NCBI RefSeq assembly: GCF_004010195.1
Contig: NC_057711.1
Coordinates: 76,002,208 to 76,066,207, forward strand
Direction of reading: 5' to 3'
Source of the DNA: Chiloscyllium plagiosum
Taxonomy: Eukaryota
DNA: 64,000 nt
Shown here: positions 23,975-36,990 of the stretch, in pieces
Layout: every line of letters begins with the position of its first letter
Position numbering within the stretch: the stretch's first letter is position 1
Notes under the pieces: model-generated
Databases searched by the model: none
Told to the model about the DNA's origin: nothing
Seen by the model: only the letters and a program-made list of their open reading frames with translations
Position numbers and translations under genes: made by a program

Positions 23975-26440
23975 TTCAATAATGTAATGCTGCTACTAGA
24001 GAAGAAACAAAACTTGACCTTCTCTTGGGAAATAAGGCAGGGCAAGTGACCGAACTGTTAATAGGAAAACGCTTTGGGCAAATGTTTATAATACTATTAG
24101 TTTTCAAATAATTACGGAAAAGGATTAACCGTCCATAAAAGTTATAGTTCTTAATTGGAGTAAGGCAAATTTTAATGGTCTGAGACAAGAACTTTCAAAG
24201 TTTGATTGCAGTAGACTCTACACAGGTAAAGGGAGGATTGAAAAGTAGGAGGCATTTAAAACTGTGATAATAAGAGTTCAGAAACATTATTGGAGTGTTA
24301 CAGTGAAAGGTAAGGTCCGTAAGATTGGGGAACAATGGATGAATAAAGCTATTGAGGTTCTAGACAAGAATAAAAAAGAACCATATATTAGATATAGACA
24401 ATTGGGTTCAAATGAATCTCTTGAAGAATATAAGGAGTGCAGAGGCTTTCTTAACAGGGAAATCAGAAAGGCAAAGAAAGAATATGAGATAGCATTGGCA
24501 GATAACATTAAGGATAATCCAGAGATTTTACAAGTACATGAAGAGAAAAAGAGCAACTGGAGAGAAGGTAGGGCCCCTTAAAAATCAACGAGGTCATCTT
24601 TATGTTGAATGTCATGAAATGGGAAAGATATTAAATGAACATTTTGCATCAGTTTTTACTGGAGAAAGCAATGGAGGATAGAGAACTCAGGGAAATAAAT
24701 ATTGATGTTTTGAAGACAGTTCACATTACAGAAGAGGAAGTGGTGGAGGTCTTAGAAAACATAAAGGTGGATAAATCTCTGGGACCTGATCAAGTGGACT
24801 TTGTGGGTAGTTAGGAAGGAACTTGCAAGGCCCCTTATGGAGATATTTGTATCATCCAAAACTACGGGTGATGAACCTGAAGGCTGGAGGCTGGCTAATG
24901 TTGTGCTGTTATTTTAAGAAAAGACTGTAAGGAGAAGCCAGAGAACTGTAGACCTGTAAATCTGACATCAGTGGTGGGTAAGTTTTTGGAGATGATTCTG
25001 AAAGATAGGATTTACATGCATTTGGAGAGGCAAGAAATGATTAGGGATAGTCAGCATGGTTTTGTGCAAGGGAAATTATGTCTCACAAACTTGACTGAGT
25101 TTTTTGAGGAAGTAACCAAAAAGATTGATGAGGGCAGAGTGGTAGGTGTTGTTTACTTGGATTTTGATAAGGTTCTGCATAGTGGACTAATTAATGAAAT
25201 TAGATCACATTGTATTCAGGGTCAGCTTGCCAACTGGATACATAATTGGCTTTATGATAAGAGACAGAGGGTGGTGGTGGAGAGTTGTTTTTCAGAGTGG
25301 AGGCCTGTGACAAGCAGTGTTCCACAAGGAGTGGTACTGGGTCCAATTTTGTGTGTCATTTACACAAACTATTTGGATGAAAATATATGAGGCATGGTTA
25401 GTAAGGTTGCAGATGATATCAAAATTGGTGGTATAGTGGATAGTGAAGAAGGTTATCTCAGATGACAAAGCCATTTTGATCAATTAGGTTAATGTGCTGA
25501 GGAATGGCAGATAGGGTTTAAATTGGATAAATGCGCAGCATTGCATTTTAGTAAAAGAAACAAGGATAGGACTTATACAATTAATGGTAGGGCCATGGGT
25601 AGTGTTGCAGAACAGAGAGACTTAGGGGTTCAGGTATATGATTCTTAGAAATTTGTGTCACAGATAGACAGGGTGGTTAAGAAGGTGTTTAGCATGCTTG
25701 ACTTCATTGCTCAGACCTTTGAGTATAGGAGTTGGGATGTCATGTTGAAGTTGTACAGGACATGGTGAGGTCTCTTCTAGAATACTGTGTACAATTCTGG
25801 TCACCCTGCTATAGGAAGGATATTATTAAATTGTACAGGGTTCAAAAAAGATTTACCAGGATGTTGTCAGGAATGGAGGGTTTGAATTATAAAAATAGGT
25901 TGAATAGGTTGGGACATTTATCACTGGACCATGGGAGGTTGAGGGGTGACCTTATAGGGTTTTATAAAATCATGAGGGATATAGATAAGGTGAATGACAA
26001 AGGTCATTTTCCATAAGGGGGAGAAGTTCAAAACTAGGAGGTATATTTTTATGATAAGAGAGAAAGATTTAAAAAGGACATGAGGGGCAACTTTTTTACA
26101 CAGAGAGTGGTGTGTGGAATGAACTACCAGAGGAAGTGGTGAATGCAGGTACAGTTACAATACATTTGGGTAAATATTTGAATAGGAGAAAGTGAGGTCT
26201 GCAGATGCTGGAGATCAGAGCTGAAAATGTCGAAGGGCTTATGCCCGAAACGTCGATTCTCCTGTTCCCTGGATGCTGCCTGACCTGCTGCGCTTTTCCA
26301 GCAACACATTTTCAGCTCTAAATATTTGAATAGGAAAGGTTTGGAGGGATATGGGCCAAACACACACAGATGGGACTAGTTTAGTTTGGGAACATGGTCG
26401 GCATGGATTGAAGCGTCTGTTTCCATGACTGTATGAGTCT
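23975..26440 (+). mobile_element. 5'-truncated CR1-clade LINE (ORF2 and 3' UTR)
   Basis: ORF fragments 24264-24581, 24971-25390 (SQHGFVQGKLCLTNL..VPQGVVLGP) and 25732-26016, plus the 3' tail. Confidence 0.92.
26188..26318 (-). mobile_element. PLE-derived inverted insertion in a CR1 3' region
   Basis: Direct repeat TAAATATTTGAATAGGA at 26171-26187 and 26319-26335 (TSD plus microhomology). agagctgaaaatgt is inverted to acattttcagctct, and a partial HHR GA A GGGC TTAT GCCC GAAA C GTC remains. Confidence 0.9.
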
Positions 26441-27086
26441 TCCTTGTTCAAGTCTTTTTCAAGTTTTATTGGTGCAAATTTTCTACCATAATTTTTACTC
26501 CTTGCTGCAGTTATGAACCTATTTCATCACAAAGGCTTCTTCTTTATTCTGTCTGTTTTGTTACAGTACTTCAATTATTCCATCTAAACTTACTTCCTGT
26601 CTCTACTTTTATGTGTGTATCAGCAAGACTTGAGTCTTCACTTTACATTCATCTGATTACGGAGAAATCTAGTTCACCTGATATGCACACGATGTTAAAC
26701 TGGCTTTCTCCTGTTTTGATTTACACCCATGCTGTTAGCATGCTGTTCCAAGTGTCATTATCACATGTACTGTATTGAAATCCTTTCCCTGTTCCTTCAC
26801 CACAAATGGATCATGTACATTACATCACCTCCTTGCAGCTTATTTCTGGCTCACTAAGAGAACTTTCTCTTTTTTTCTCCAATCTTCTCATCTATCTTCC
26901 ACTCATACTAGGGTCAATTCTAACTTCTGGATAGTAATGCAGAAGGCAGAATCAGTGGCTCCATACCTGCAGCAGAAAATCTTGTCAATGGTGTTTGTTT
27001 GCTTTTATGTGTGTTTTTGGATGTGAGTGGTAGAATCAGGTGAGATACTCACTGGGTCCCTTCTCAATGTGGAGACCATCTCATTA

Positions 27087-28185
27087 CAGAACAACCTCAC
27101 TTATTGGAACAAGACAGGTGGGGAGTATTTTGTTTGCATAACTGATTTTTCAGATAACTGATCTGATCGTAAACTAGGGAAACAGTACTGAACATAATTA
27201 CATAAAAAAGCATGTTTACAGAGTTTTTATTTCATTCAATTGATAAAATGTGTACAAACATTGGACATTGCTTAAAGATTCATGATATTTTATAAATAAA
27301 ATCTCTTTTTGGCTAGAGTTTGACTGAAGTCTGTGAAATGTTTCACTGACATTTTCTTCGGTTTTATCCCAGTCCTCGACAGCAGCAAGCATCTTTCTGT
27401 CCTGCCGTCCAGACTAACCAAGTGTTGTCCCTCCCTCCTCAGCGACCGCTGGGCCCTTAGAGAGACAGAGAGGTGCAAAATACTGGGGGAACATGAGAGA
27501 GAGGGAAGGTTTCTTGGCTGACTTCAGTTTCTGTACACTCATCAATTTTTTTTGAGAGGGGTAACATTTTCCTCTGGTCAAATTTTCCTCTTGTTTATTT
27601 TCACATGTGCCAATTCACTACAACTTGCTCTCCCCATCAAAAAAAAGTTACATAAATTTTCTTGTCAACTGAAAGATATTGAACTATTTTTTGGTTGGAA
27701 GAAAAAGAGTCGTCATGGGATAACGGGAGGAAAAAGCAACGGAAACAAAAAATGCAAGCCCATTTTTTGACTTCAATCTCCAGAAAATGAGCTGAGGAAA
27801 AAAATTGTTGGATTTGCAAAATGGAGCAAGTCAATGTTGAAAAGGAATCTTGCTGCTGAGTGTATATTTGAAGTTATGATTTGGAGGTGCTGGTGTTAGA
27901 CTGGAATGGACAAAGTTAAAAATCACACAACAGATTATAGTGCAACAGGTTTATTTGGAGGCACTAGCTTTTGAAGTGCTGCTTATTCATCAAGTGGTTG
28001 TGTGTAATTATTTTTAAAGCATACTTGCATCTATATTCCTGTTCCAATTTACAAAATGATGCATTAAATGGATGAGGAATAGAATTTTCCTGCTTCGGTT
28101 GAAATGCATGTACAGGGACCTTGAGACCTTGTTTGGAAAATCCGAAATTTGGATAATTGATGTTCGGATAACTAAGGTTGATCTG
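27087..28185 (-). mobile_element. Tc1/mariner (Tigger/pogo-like) non-autonomous DNA transposon
   Basis: TA|CAGAACAACCTC ... AAGGTTGATCTG|TA termini. Both subterminal regions are homologous to the MITE at 52150-52323. Confidence 0.65.
27876..28002 (-). mobile_element. PLE-derived family 2 fragment with decayed HHR
   Basis: caaagttaaaaatcacacaac...gcactagcttttgaagtgctgcttattcatcaagtg. Confidence 0.75.
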
Positions 28186-28302
28186 TATACCTTTTTTGCT
28201 TTTCTCAAACACCGTGGAAAGATTCTTGTTAGTCAGTGGGGAGTTCCCAATTGATGATCATCACTGCTTCTTAATTGCCTTGTCAACAGACCAATTTGTC
28301 AT

Positions 28303-31300
28303 GGATTATAATCTTACCAAACTCACCAGAAAAAATTGTTTGGAAAGCTTGTCATGGAAACACGATGGTTTCAACTCACCTTGATTTTATACATCTCCAA
28401 CTTAACCATGGACAAACTGCAGTACAGGACACAATCCACCACCATCGGCAGGACATGTCATTTCAAGGGAGGCAATGTAATCATGCTGGCATCCTCCTGC
28501 ATTGGACACCCTACAAGGATAGACTGGGCAGGGCAACAACAGGACAATGTATATTGCATCAGGTACAAGTAATGCGCTGAGAACAAACTCTATTAAATAG
28601 CACGTACTAGGCTGCTCAGCAGGGCTCCTCCCTTGCTCCCTCAGTGTGCCTGATAGCAGCATAACCACAGCCTACATTGCCGCCTTTCACTACCATGCCT
28701 TGTATGCAGTCAGTGATCTTGATGTGCAGCAGTCCTCAATCACAGTACCTGCATTTTGCCTTACATCAGTGTGTCACGCCACTCCAGAACCTGTACCATG
28801 CAGTGTTTGAACCAAGCACATGGGCAGCATCTCAGCAGGAAGTACATTATGCCTGAAAGTCTGAGGGAAGAGGCCATTATGAGATCCATGGGGGCCCAGG
28901 CACAGTTAGTCAAAGGCAGCCTGCCATACTAGTCCCTGGCTTTGCCCATGATTAGGTATCTGGTTGGAGTGGCACTGCACAGGTCTCTGTGCCTCTGTGC
29001 TCCAGAGAGTGGGTCATTGTCTTTTGTCATTTAGCCATTGGAGTCAGTGTGGGAGGGAGGACTATTGAAACTAGGGGGATGACTTCCACTGGTCGGGGGC
29101 CTGGAGAGTTGAGGGCTGGGTGACAGTTCAGGTCAATCAAGGGGGTGGACCACAGTGATCCTGTTGCCTTCGTTCACAAGAATTAAAGGAGAAGGGAGTG
29201 GTGAAAGGGATAGTGGCCAATAGTTAGGAGTCTGTTGTAAGTGTGAAGGAGGACAGGTAGGTATTTACGGGTGATTTTTGGGGTCTCTACAGCATATTAA
29301 TGCTGAGACTGTAAGCCACAGGTAGAGGACCATTTGCTATCATTGTAATCATGGAGCACATGGCTAGCATGCAATGTTTAGGAGAACAATGGGACTTGGA
29401 ATAGGGTGAATAGGTGAGGCAACTTGTAAGGAATGGTCTTCATCTGCACATTATCACTAGGCGTTCACATGTGAACAACATTCTCCTCTAATGTATTATA
29501 CAGGGAGTGCACCCTCTGGCCATCCCTGTAGGCATCACTGATGGGGAGCTCCTTCAGATACACACTCCTGTGCACACAGTCGTGTGAACAGGAGATGGGA
29601 GTTGTGGGAGCTAAAATGTTGGAATGAACTAATGGCATGTATATACATTGCAGTACCTTCTCCTACACGCTGTATTTGGCACTCAGCATACTCTCCTCAT
29701 TAATGGCCCAGGAGTGATGCTGCAGACACTACAAAGCCTCTACAGGCAAAATAGATACAGGGATAACCATATCAACGATGAAACACAAAGTTTTATGATT
29801 TGTAATAACTAATGAACTGATGTTATTTGAAAACAAACTTCCAATATGATAATTTTTGTAAAGAAATGTACATCACATTGCTGCATAAACTACTTACATG
29901 AGTTTCCCAGCCATCACCCACATATTCTATTTGTAGAGTTTTCTCCTCTCTCTCCTGCTGTCTTGCACTGAGCGCCCCTGCTCTGCAAATGGATTGCAGG
30001 AAACTTGCTCTGTAGAGCCTTGGAGCCCCATTGGCCCGGAGATTTGTTTGGGGTAACCCTGGGGGTGTTTGTGCCTGGGTGGGCCAGACATGTCAAGGGT
30101 CTTTTTACCATGGGAAGTTGACACCCCTTGGCAGGCAGGGTGGAGATGGAAAGCCCAGCCACTTCCACTGTCTCCTGAGAGGAGACCATCGAGGAACCTG
30201 TGTGAGGCCGCTCGTCAGCTGGTATCTTGTGGCACTGTCCTGCCTCCTTGTGAAGAGGGGGCACCTAAACTAAGCTCAAGGCTCACCTTGCCTTTGGTCC
30301 TGGTGACCAATACATTGGGCAATGGAGTGCAGGTGTGGTCTTCTCTTTGGGTAGTACCTGAGGGCACTGAGCCTGCCTCTCCATGGCATCTGCCAACATA
30401 TTCATGAACACAGTCTGACAGTCACAGGACTCGATGCAGCATTGCAGCGTCTGAGAGATAATGGGCAGTACATAGCTGGACCGGCTGCAATGCTTTAGCT
30501 TCTCTGTTATGTGCCTCTTGTACACCAGCCTGCCACTGTTCCTCCTCCCTGTGCATCTCAATGAAATCCCTCATTGCTGAGACTACAATCTCCTCTCCTC
30601 CTGGAGGCTCTGCCGGTACCTGGTCTTTGCAGGCCTCTGGGTGCCAGTGACCTGAAGTAGTTCTCCATTGGCCATCTGAGAAGACGCAGATGCACACCGT
30701 GTGCCCTTTTGGAATCTACTGAGATATCATTATCTGTGATTTTGGAGACAATGGTTCCTCCAATGTGTCTACACTATCATCTGGGAATATTGAAGAACTT
30801 TGTGGGAGATGAGCTGATCCTTGGGAGGATGGGTATATTGCATGAGAAGTAGACAACATTGCAGCCACTGGTTAGTTGTGGTGTTAGATGCGTGCTTCAT
30901 GTAACCATTGCAATAGGATGTTAATTGTCATTTAAAATGTGTCAGGATTAGATATCTCCTAATCCTGAGAGGTGCAGTCCCTGTTTTCTCCAGAGCAAGC
31001 ATCTTTTCATCTGAGTGATTGAGGACCCGAATTTTCAGCTCCTGTCCTATGTCGTTCTTATTTATTATGGGACCTTTTTGTCTGCAATGACATAAAGGAG
31101 CTGAATTTGTAACATGCAACGGGATGGCACATCTGTTAGGGCAGGTGTGGGTGGGGGAAGGGTATTGAGGTGTTCCAAGGAAGTGAGGAAGCAGCACAGA
31201 CAGCAGGTAGGGTTAGTGGGGTGGGGTGATAGAGGGTTACAAGAGCAAGTGAGAGAAGGTGTTGCGTGCACCAGAGGGGCTATCAGAACATACACATTGG

Positions 31301-31905
31301 TGGGAGGTGGGTACAGTGGCACCAGTAAGTGTGAGGTAGCAGAGGATAGAGCATTGCACTTGCACTGGCAGAGCAGGGGAGATTGTAGATCTTTATCCTC
31401 CACTGTTGCCCAGTCCTCCTCACCCTGGATGTAGCACTGATCCAGGTGAGGATCGCTGAAAATGTTAATATGATAGGTGATGTGTAAGCTTTGCTGGGAA
31501 AAAGGATTCCTCTCCTCTCCATCATCTCATCTGCAAGGCCCTCCATGAAAATGTGTTGCCAACCTTCCTTTCTCCACCATCTCTCCTCATTCCTTCCTCA
31601 GTTGAGCAACACTGCTTGCCAATGACAGCTTCCTGCAGGTGGGCAGTGTGCTTCGGAAGATGGCGCAGCCCCGAGGGCTGTTGGTTTTTTGGAGGACCTG
31701 TGCTGAGCAGTAAGTTGCTCTAGGAACTGCGTGTGATAAGATGGGGTGGAAAGCTAACATGATTCTTGTCACAAGGCCTGAAATGGCAATTAAAGTGACG
31801 AATTTGGTAAAATACTGCAAGAAACTTGTTCGGCCTCAGTGCAAGAGTTGCTCCACAGAACTTGACAAGACTCACACTTTATCAAAAAAGTTAAGATTCA
31901 GTGCC
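28303..31905. mobile_element. Decayed PIF/Harbinger element
   Basis: Candidate degenerate termini ggattataatctta / taagattcagtgcc; the right end resembles 43950-43960. Contains a Myb/SANT gene remnant. Confidence 0.6.
29914..31580 (-). pseudogene. Harbinger Myb/SANT-like DNA-binding gene remnant, probably intron-containing
   Basis: MEGLADEMMERRGILFP...ISATSRVRRTGQQWRIKIYNL matches the Myb/SANT pattern. A probable next exon after a gcag acceptor near 31083 reads ELKIRVLNHSDEKMLAL. Coiled-coil-like decayed ORFs lie at 30283-30697. Confidence 0.65.
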
Positions 31906-32206
31906 AAGTTTCTATAACCATGAAGTTTATTAGATGCAGAAGCAGATTATAGTTGTTGCTTTGCATGCACTCAATGTTACTAACTCATTAAATAAAAGTA
32001 CAAAGTACTACTAAATTTAAATGTTTGCTTCCAAGTTTGTACTAGAATGTGGATAAAGATTAAGTGATTTATCTCGGAATTATATTGCTCCTACCCATTC
32101 CAATATAACCAACCATGCTCTGAAAATAGTTTCTCTTGATGAATTCATTGCCAAATCTTTGTCACTAGTTAACCTCTTGTCAAGAGTGATGCCTCATCCC
32201 CTGTAA

Positions 32207-32303
32207 CTTGGAGGTGTCAGTGTTGGACTGGGTGGACAAAGTTAAAAATCACACAACACCAGGTTATAGTCCAACAGGTTTATTTGGAAGCACTAGGTGA
32301 GTA
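32207..32303 (-). mobile_element. PLE-derived family 2 3' fragment with an approximately 13-bp TSD
   Basis: tcatcccctgtaa (32194-32206) / tcatccgctgtaa (32304-32316). Homology ends at gcactag, next to the HHR cleavage position. Confidence 0.8.
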
Positions 32304-34087
32304 TCATCCGCTGTAAACATTCTGAAATCATCTATGGCTAATATGTGTTTGTTTAGGTGCTGATTAATCACTACATTCTTCCAACCCTTAGAAACAATAA
32401 GTGTAGGGATTTATATTCTTCAAAGCCTTACTGTCAGTGCATGATTTCTAATTATATAAGAATACTCAACCTTATTTTGCCACAACCAGCATTGCATCCG
32501 TGATTGTTTATATATTGTCCAACAGGTATCAGCTACATCTATAAAATGATAACAATTCTAAAGGTTACAAGTTGACATTCACCTAAACCAACATCACATA
32601 AACTGTAACACTGTCTCTCTTTCCTTTTCACTCTTATTGTGTTAAAAGATTAATTCCAATCTACAAAACCTTCAACTTCTGCATTCTACACAATATTTGT
32701 GCTTTTACACAGGGCTAGATGTCATTTTACAGACACAAGCCTTTCAGCTCAACAGGTTTTTCCTTTACAAAAGTCCGTTCCTGCTTCATTTAGCTCCTCT
32801 TATCCTATCAATATATTGTTCTATCCTTTCTCTGCCCCATGTGTGTATCTTACTTCACTTTGAGCGGATTTATGCTATTGCCCTCAAACATCCATCTGGT
32901 AAAGAACTTCACTTTCAAATTCTTGCCAACCACTACACCCCACCCCATCCCCCAATCCCACCTCATCTCCCAATACTCCACAACAAATTTCAATCCAAGG
33001 AATTTACTTTGAATTTCTCAATCCTATGATAAATCCATTCTTGCTATCAATACATCAAATAACATTGCATCTTAAGATTTCAATCCTACGTTTGGCTCTG
33101 GATCACCAGCAGAAGCTACACTAACCAGATAGTCCTTTCCTAAGCCCATCCTAACCACAAAAAAATCATGAAAAATCACAAATCCTCTGCTTGTGGTAGA
33201 AATTTCACTCCCTCCTCTAATTCTTCATACACGTTTTACTGCTTATGTGCTTTGCCTTTGGTGATAGCCATTGAGATTTTTTTTAGGTCGAGGTGTTGAA
33301 ATATTCAAGCTTGTATTGCAATCACGATTGTGTTCAGTTGGCCATTACTATGTTGATAACCTAGAAAAGCCTCCAGTACTTGGGGAATAATGCTGCCATG
33401 ATGAAGAAGGGATAGGAATAACTAAAATTAAAGCTATTGCGCTTTGCTTTAATTAGATTTCCCAAAATAGTCCCAGGGTAAAAGAAAGCTGACCTTCTAA
33501 TTCTATTTAATTACTGAGATATGTACTTGGTTACCAGTTAATTAAGGTACTGTATTTGGATTTGTTGATTATGACCTTTACGTTAGGAGTGTAAAGACTA
33601 CATGATTCACAAGGAATGATGAAACTATGAGCTGCATTGTGTTGTGAATCTCAAGGGCAAACAACATTTAAGATAATCAAATTTATTGAATCCTTTCCAA
33701 AGAAAAAAATACCAGCAAGATTTCATATTATGTAACTTCAATTTTAAAAATAGAACAGAGCCAATATAATAAAGTTAAGATAAATTAACAGGAAAATGAT
33801 ATTTAATATAAAAGTAAGTGTCACCTTAAATTGTTGACATAACACAGTTACATCTTGCTCCATGATAACCAACCATATCCCTTCCCAGAGATGTGTGATA
33901 TTATTTAGATAAACAGTTCCTCAAAATATTTTTGTTTATTCAGGCAGAGTAACAGTAAGACAACAGTTTTTATTTCAAAGTTTCAAGGGTACAATTTTCA
34001 TCATGGCACACTTCTCTAAACCCTCTCTCCACCAAGTGAAGACAGTTCTGATGGTGTAGCTTTGCAAAATCCCTGTTAAACTGACTG

Positions 34088-35878
34088 ACCATAGAGCCAT
34101 AGAGATGTACAGCATGGAAACAGACCCTTCGGTCCAACCCGTCCATGCCGACTAGATATCCCAACCCAATCTAGTCCCACCTGCCAGCACCCGGCCCATA
34201 TCCCTCCAAACCCTTCTTATTCATATACCCATCCAAACGCCTCTTAAATCTTGCAATTGTACCAGCCTCCACCGCTTCCTCTGGCAGCTTGTTCCATACA
34301 TGTACCACCCTCTGAGTGAAAAAGTTGCCCCGTAGGTCTCTTTTATATCTTTACCCTCTCACCCTAAACCTATGCCCTCTTGTTCTGGACTCCCCGACCC
34401 CAGGGAAAAGACTTTGTCTATTTATCCTATCCATTCCCCTCATAATTTTGTAAACCTCTAAAAGTCACCCCTCAGCCTCCGGCACTCCAGGGAAAACAGC
34501 CCCAACCTGTTCAGCCTCTCCCTATAGTTCAAATTCTCCAACCCTGGCAACATCTTTGTAAATCTTTTCTGAATCCTTTCAAGTTTCACAACATCTTTCA
34601 GATAGGAAGGAGACCAGAATTGCAGACAATATTCCAACAGTGGCCTAACCAATGTCCTGTACAGCCGCAACACGACTTCCCATCTCCTGTACTCAATACT
34701 CTGACCAATAAAGGAAAGCATACCAAGCACGTTCTTCACTATCCTATCTATCTATGGCTCCACTTTCAAGGAGCTATGAATCTGCACTCCAAGGTCTCTT
34801 TGTTCAGCAACACTCCCTAGGACCTTACCATTAAGTGTATAAGTCCTGCTAAAATTTGATTTCCCAAAATGCAGCACCTCGCATTTATCTGAATTAAACT
34901 CCATCTGCCACATCTCAGCCCATTGGCCCATCTGGTCAAGATCCTGTTGTAATCTCTTCACTGTCCACTACACGTCCAATTTAGGTGTCATCTGCAAACT
35001 TACTAACTGTACCTCTTATGCTCGCATCCAAATCATTTATGTAAATGACATGAAGTAGAGGGCCCAGCACCGATCCTTGTGGCACTCCACTGGTCACAGG
35101 CCTCCAGTCTGAAAAGCACCCTCCACCACCACCCAGTTCTGTATCCAAATGGCTAGTTCTCCCTGTATTCCATGAGATCTAACCTTGCTAATCGGTCTCT
35201 CATGGGGAACCTTGTCAAATGTCTTACTGAAGTCCATATAGATCACATCTACCATTCTGCCCTCATCAATCCTCTTTGTTACTTCCTCAAAAGACTCAAT
35301 CAAGTTTGTGAGACATGATTTCCCACTCACAAAACCATGGTGACTATTCCTAATCTGTCCTTGCCTTTCCAAATACATGTACATCCTGTCCCTCAGGATT
35401 CCCTCCAACAACTTGCCCACCACTGACATCAGGCTCACTGGTCTATAGTTTCCTGGCTTGACCTTACTGCCCTTCTTAAGCAGTGGCACCACGTTAGACA
35501 ACCTCCAGTCTTCCAGCACCTCACCTGTGACTATTGATGATACAAATATCTCAGCAAGAGGCCCAGCAATCACTTCTCCAGCTTCCCACAGAGTTCTAGG
35601 GTACACCTGATCAGGTACTGGGGATTTATCCACTTTTATGTGTTTCAAGACATCCAGCACTTTCTCCCCTGTGATATGGACATTTTGCAAGATGTCACCA
35701 TCTATTTCCCTACAGTCTATATCTTCCATATCCTTTTCCACAATAAATACTGATGCAAAATACTCATTTAGCATCTCCTCCATTTTCTGCGGCTCCACAC
35801 AAAGGCTGCCTTGCTGATCTTTGAGGGGCCCTATTCTCTCCTTAGTTACCCTTTTGTCCTTAATGTATTTGTAAAAAA
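34088..35878 (-). mobile_element. Relatively young 5'-truncated CR1-clade LINE
   Basis: 264-aa RT-region ORF at 35094-35888, further ORF2 fragments at 34458-34961, and an intact 3' UTR and tail. Confidence 0.95.
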
Positions 35879-36684
35879 ACACATCCAAACATACCCCAGA
35901 TCACACTTTGCTCAGTTCTGTAAAATCATTCACTTGTTTAGCATAACTAAGCTATTCACACACATTTTAGGTTTTTGAGTCAAATTGCATAATGTTTCTA
36001 GAAGCTCTTATCTCTTTTCTTAACAAACAGATTATTTGATTTCTTCCTGAGAGATATATGCTTGCGCTTAGAAGAAGCTTGTATGTTCCACTTCTATTTC
36101 TGTCTGTTTTTTCTTTATATTTGCTTCAATGTGCTGATCACATTCTGCCTGAAACACTCATGCTGAGAGCTCTGCTTTGAGTCTGCCAGCCACATGGATT
36201 TTTTTCTTAACTTCCTTCTTATTGGTACTGCGTTCAGGTCAAGGGTTGTCAGGACACATGGGGCAGTACCTCTTACTATCTAAATTACAAATAATGGGAA
36301 CTCTTAAAAGCCCTTTTCAAATATTCTTAAATATAATTTTAGATTCTACAGACAATCAAAATAAATTACGAGTTTCCCGTTCTACTTCCAGGTCAAAGTT
36401 CAGCAGAAATGGCCTGTAAATATTTATATCTCAGAACTTTGCGGGAATTATTGAGAACTATTCAATAAGGAGCCTAAATGGGTGCTGGTTTGTGTGGAGA
36501 GTTTTATTAATTGCCTTTTATTTAGTTGTCAACTGCATAAACTAGTTTAGCAATGTCTTGCTTTGGTGAGCAATGTAGAATGAGGGTATGAATCTTGTTC
36601 CAAAATGCTTATGATCATTTATTACAGCTAACATAACTTCTGGTGACTGCAAGTGAGCAGTTGTTCACTTGCATTGTTAGAAGT

Positions 36685-36990
36685 GGGCGGCATGGTGGCA
36701 CAGTGGTTAGCACTGCTGTCTCACAGTGCCAGAGACCCAGGTTCAATTCCTACCTCAGGCAACTGTCTGTGTGTGGAGTTTGCACATTCTCCCTGTGTGC
36801 TCTGGTTTCCTCCCACAGTCCAAACATGTGCAGGTTAGATGAATTGGCCATGCTAAATTGCCCGTAGTGTTAGGTGAAGGGGTAAATGTAGGGGAATGGG
36901 TCTGGGTGGGTTGCTCCTTGGAGGGTCGGTGTGGACTTGTTAGGCCCAAGGGCCTGTTTCCACACTGTAAGTAATCTAATCTAAAAAAAA
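36685..36990 (+). mobile_element. HE1-type tRNA-derived SINE
   Basis: A box tggcacagtgg, B box ggttcaattcc, core and CR1-like tail with (taatc)n and an A-run. Confidence 0.92.

Noticed and set aside
35094..35888. Longest ORF (264 aa) as a host gene
   Set aside because: It is a CR1 ORF2 RT fragment, 5'-truncated and frameshifted downstream.
36685..36760. tRNA genes at A/B-box sites (also 20302, 57863, 58509, 56960)
   Set aside because: They continue into SINE cores and LINE-like tails.
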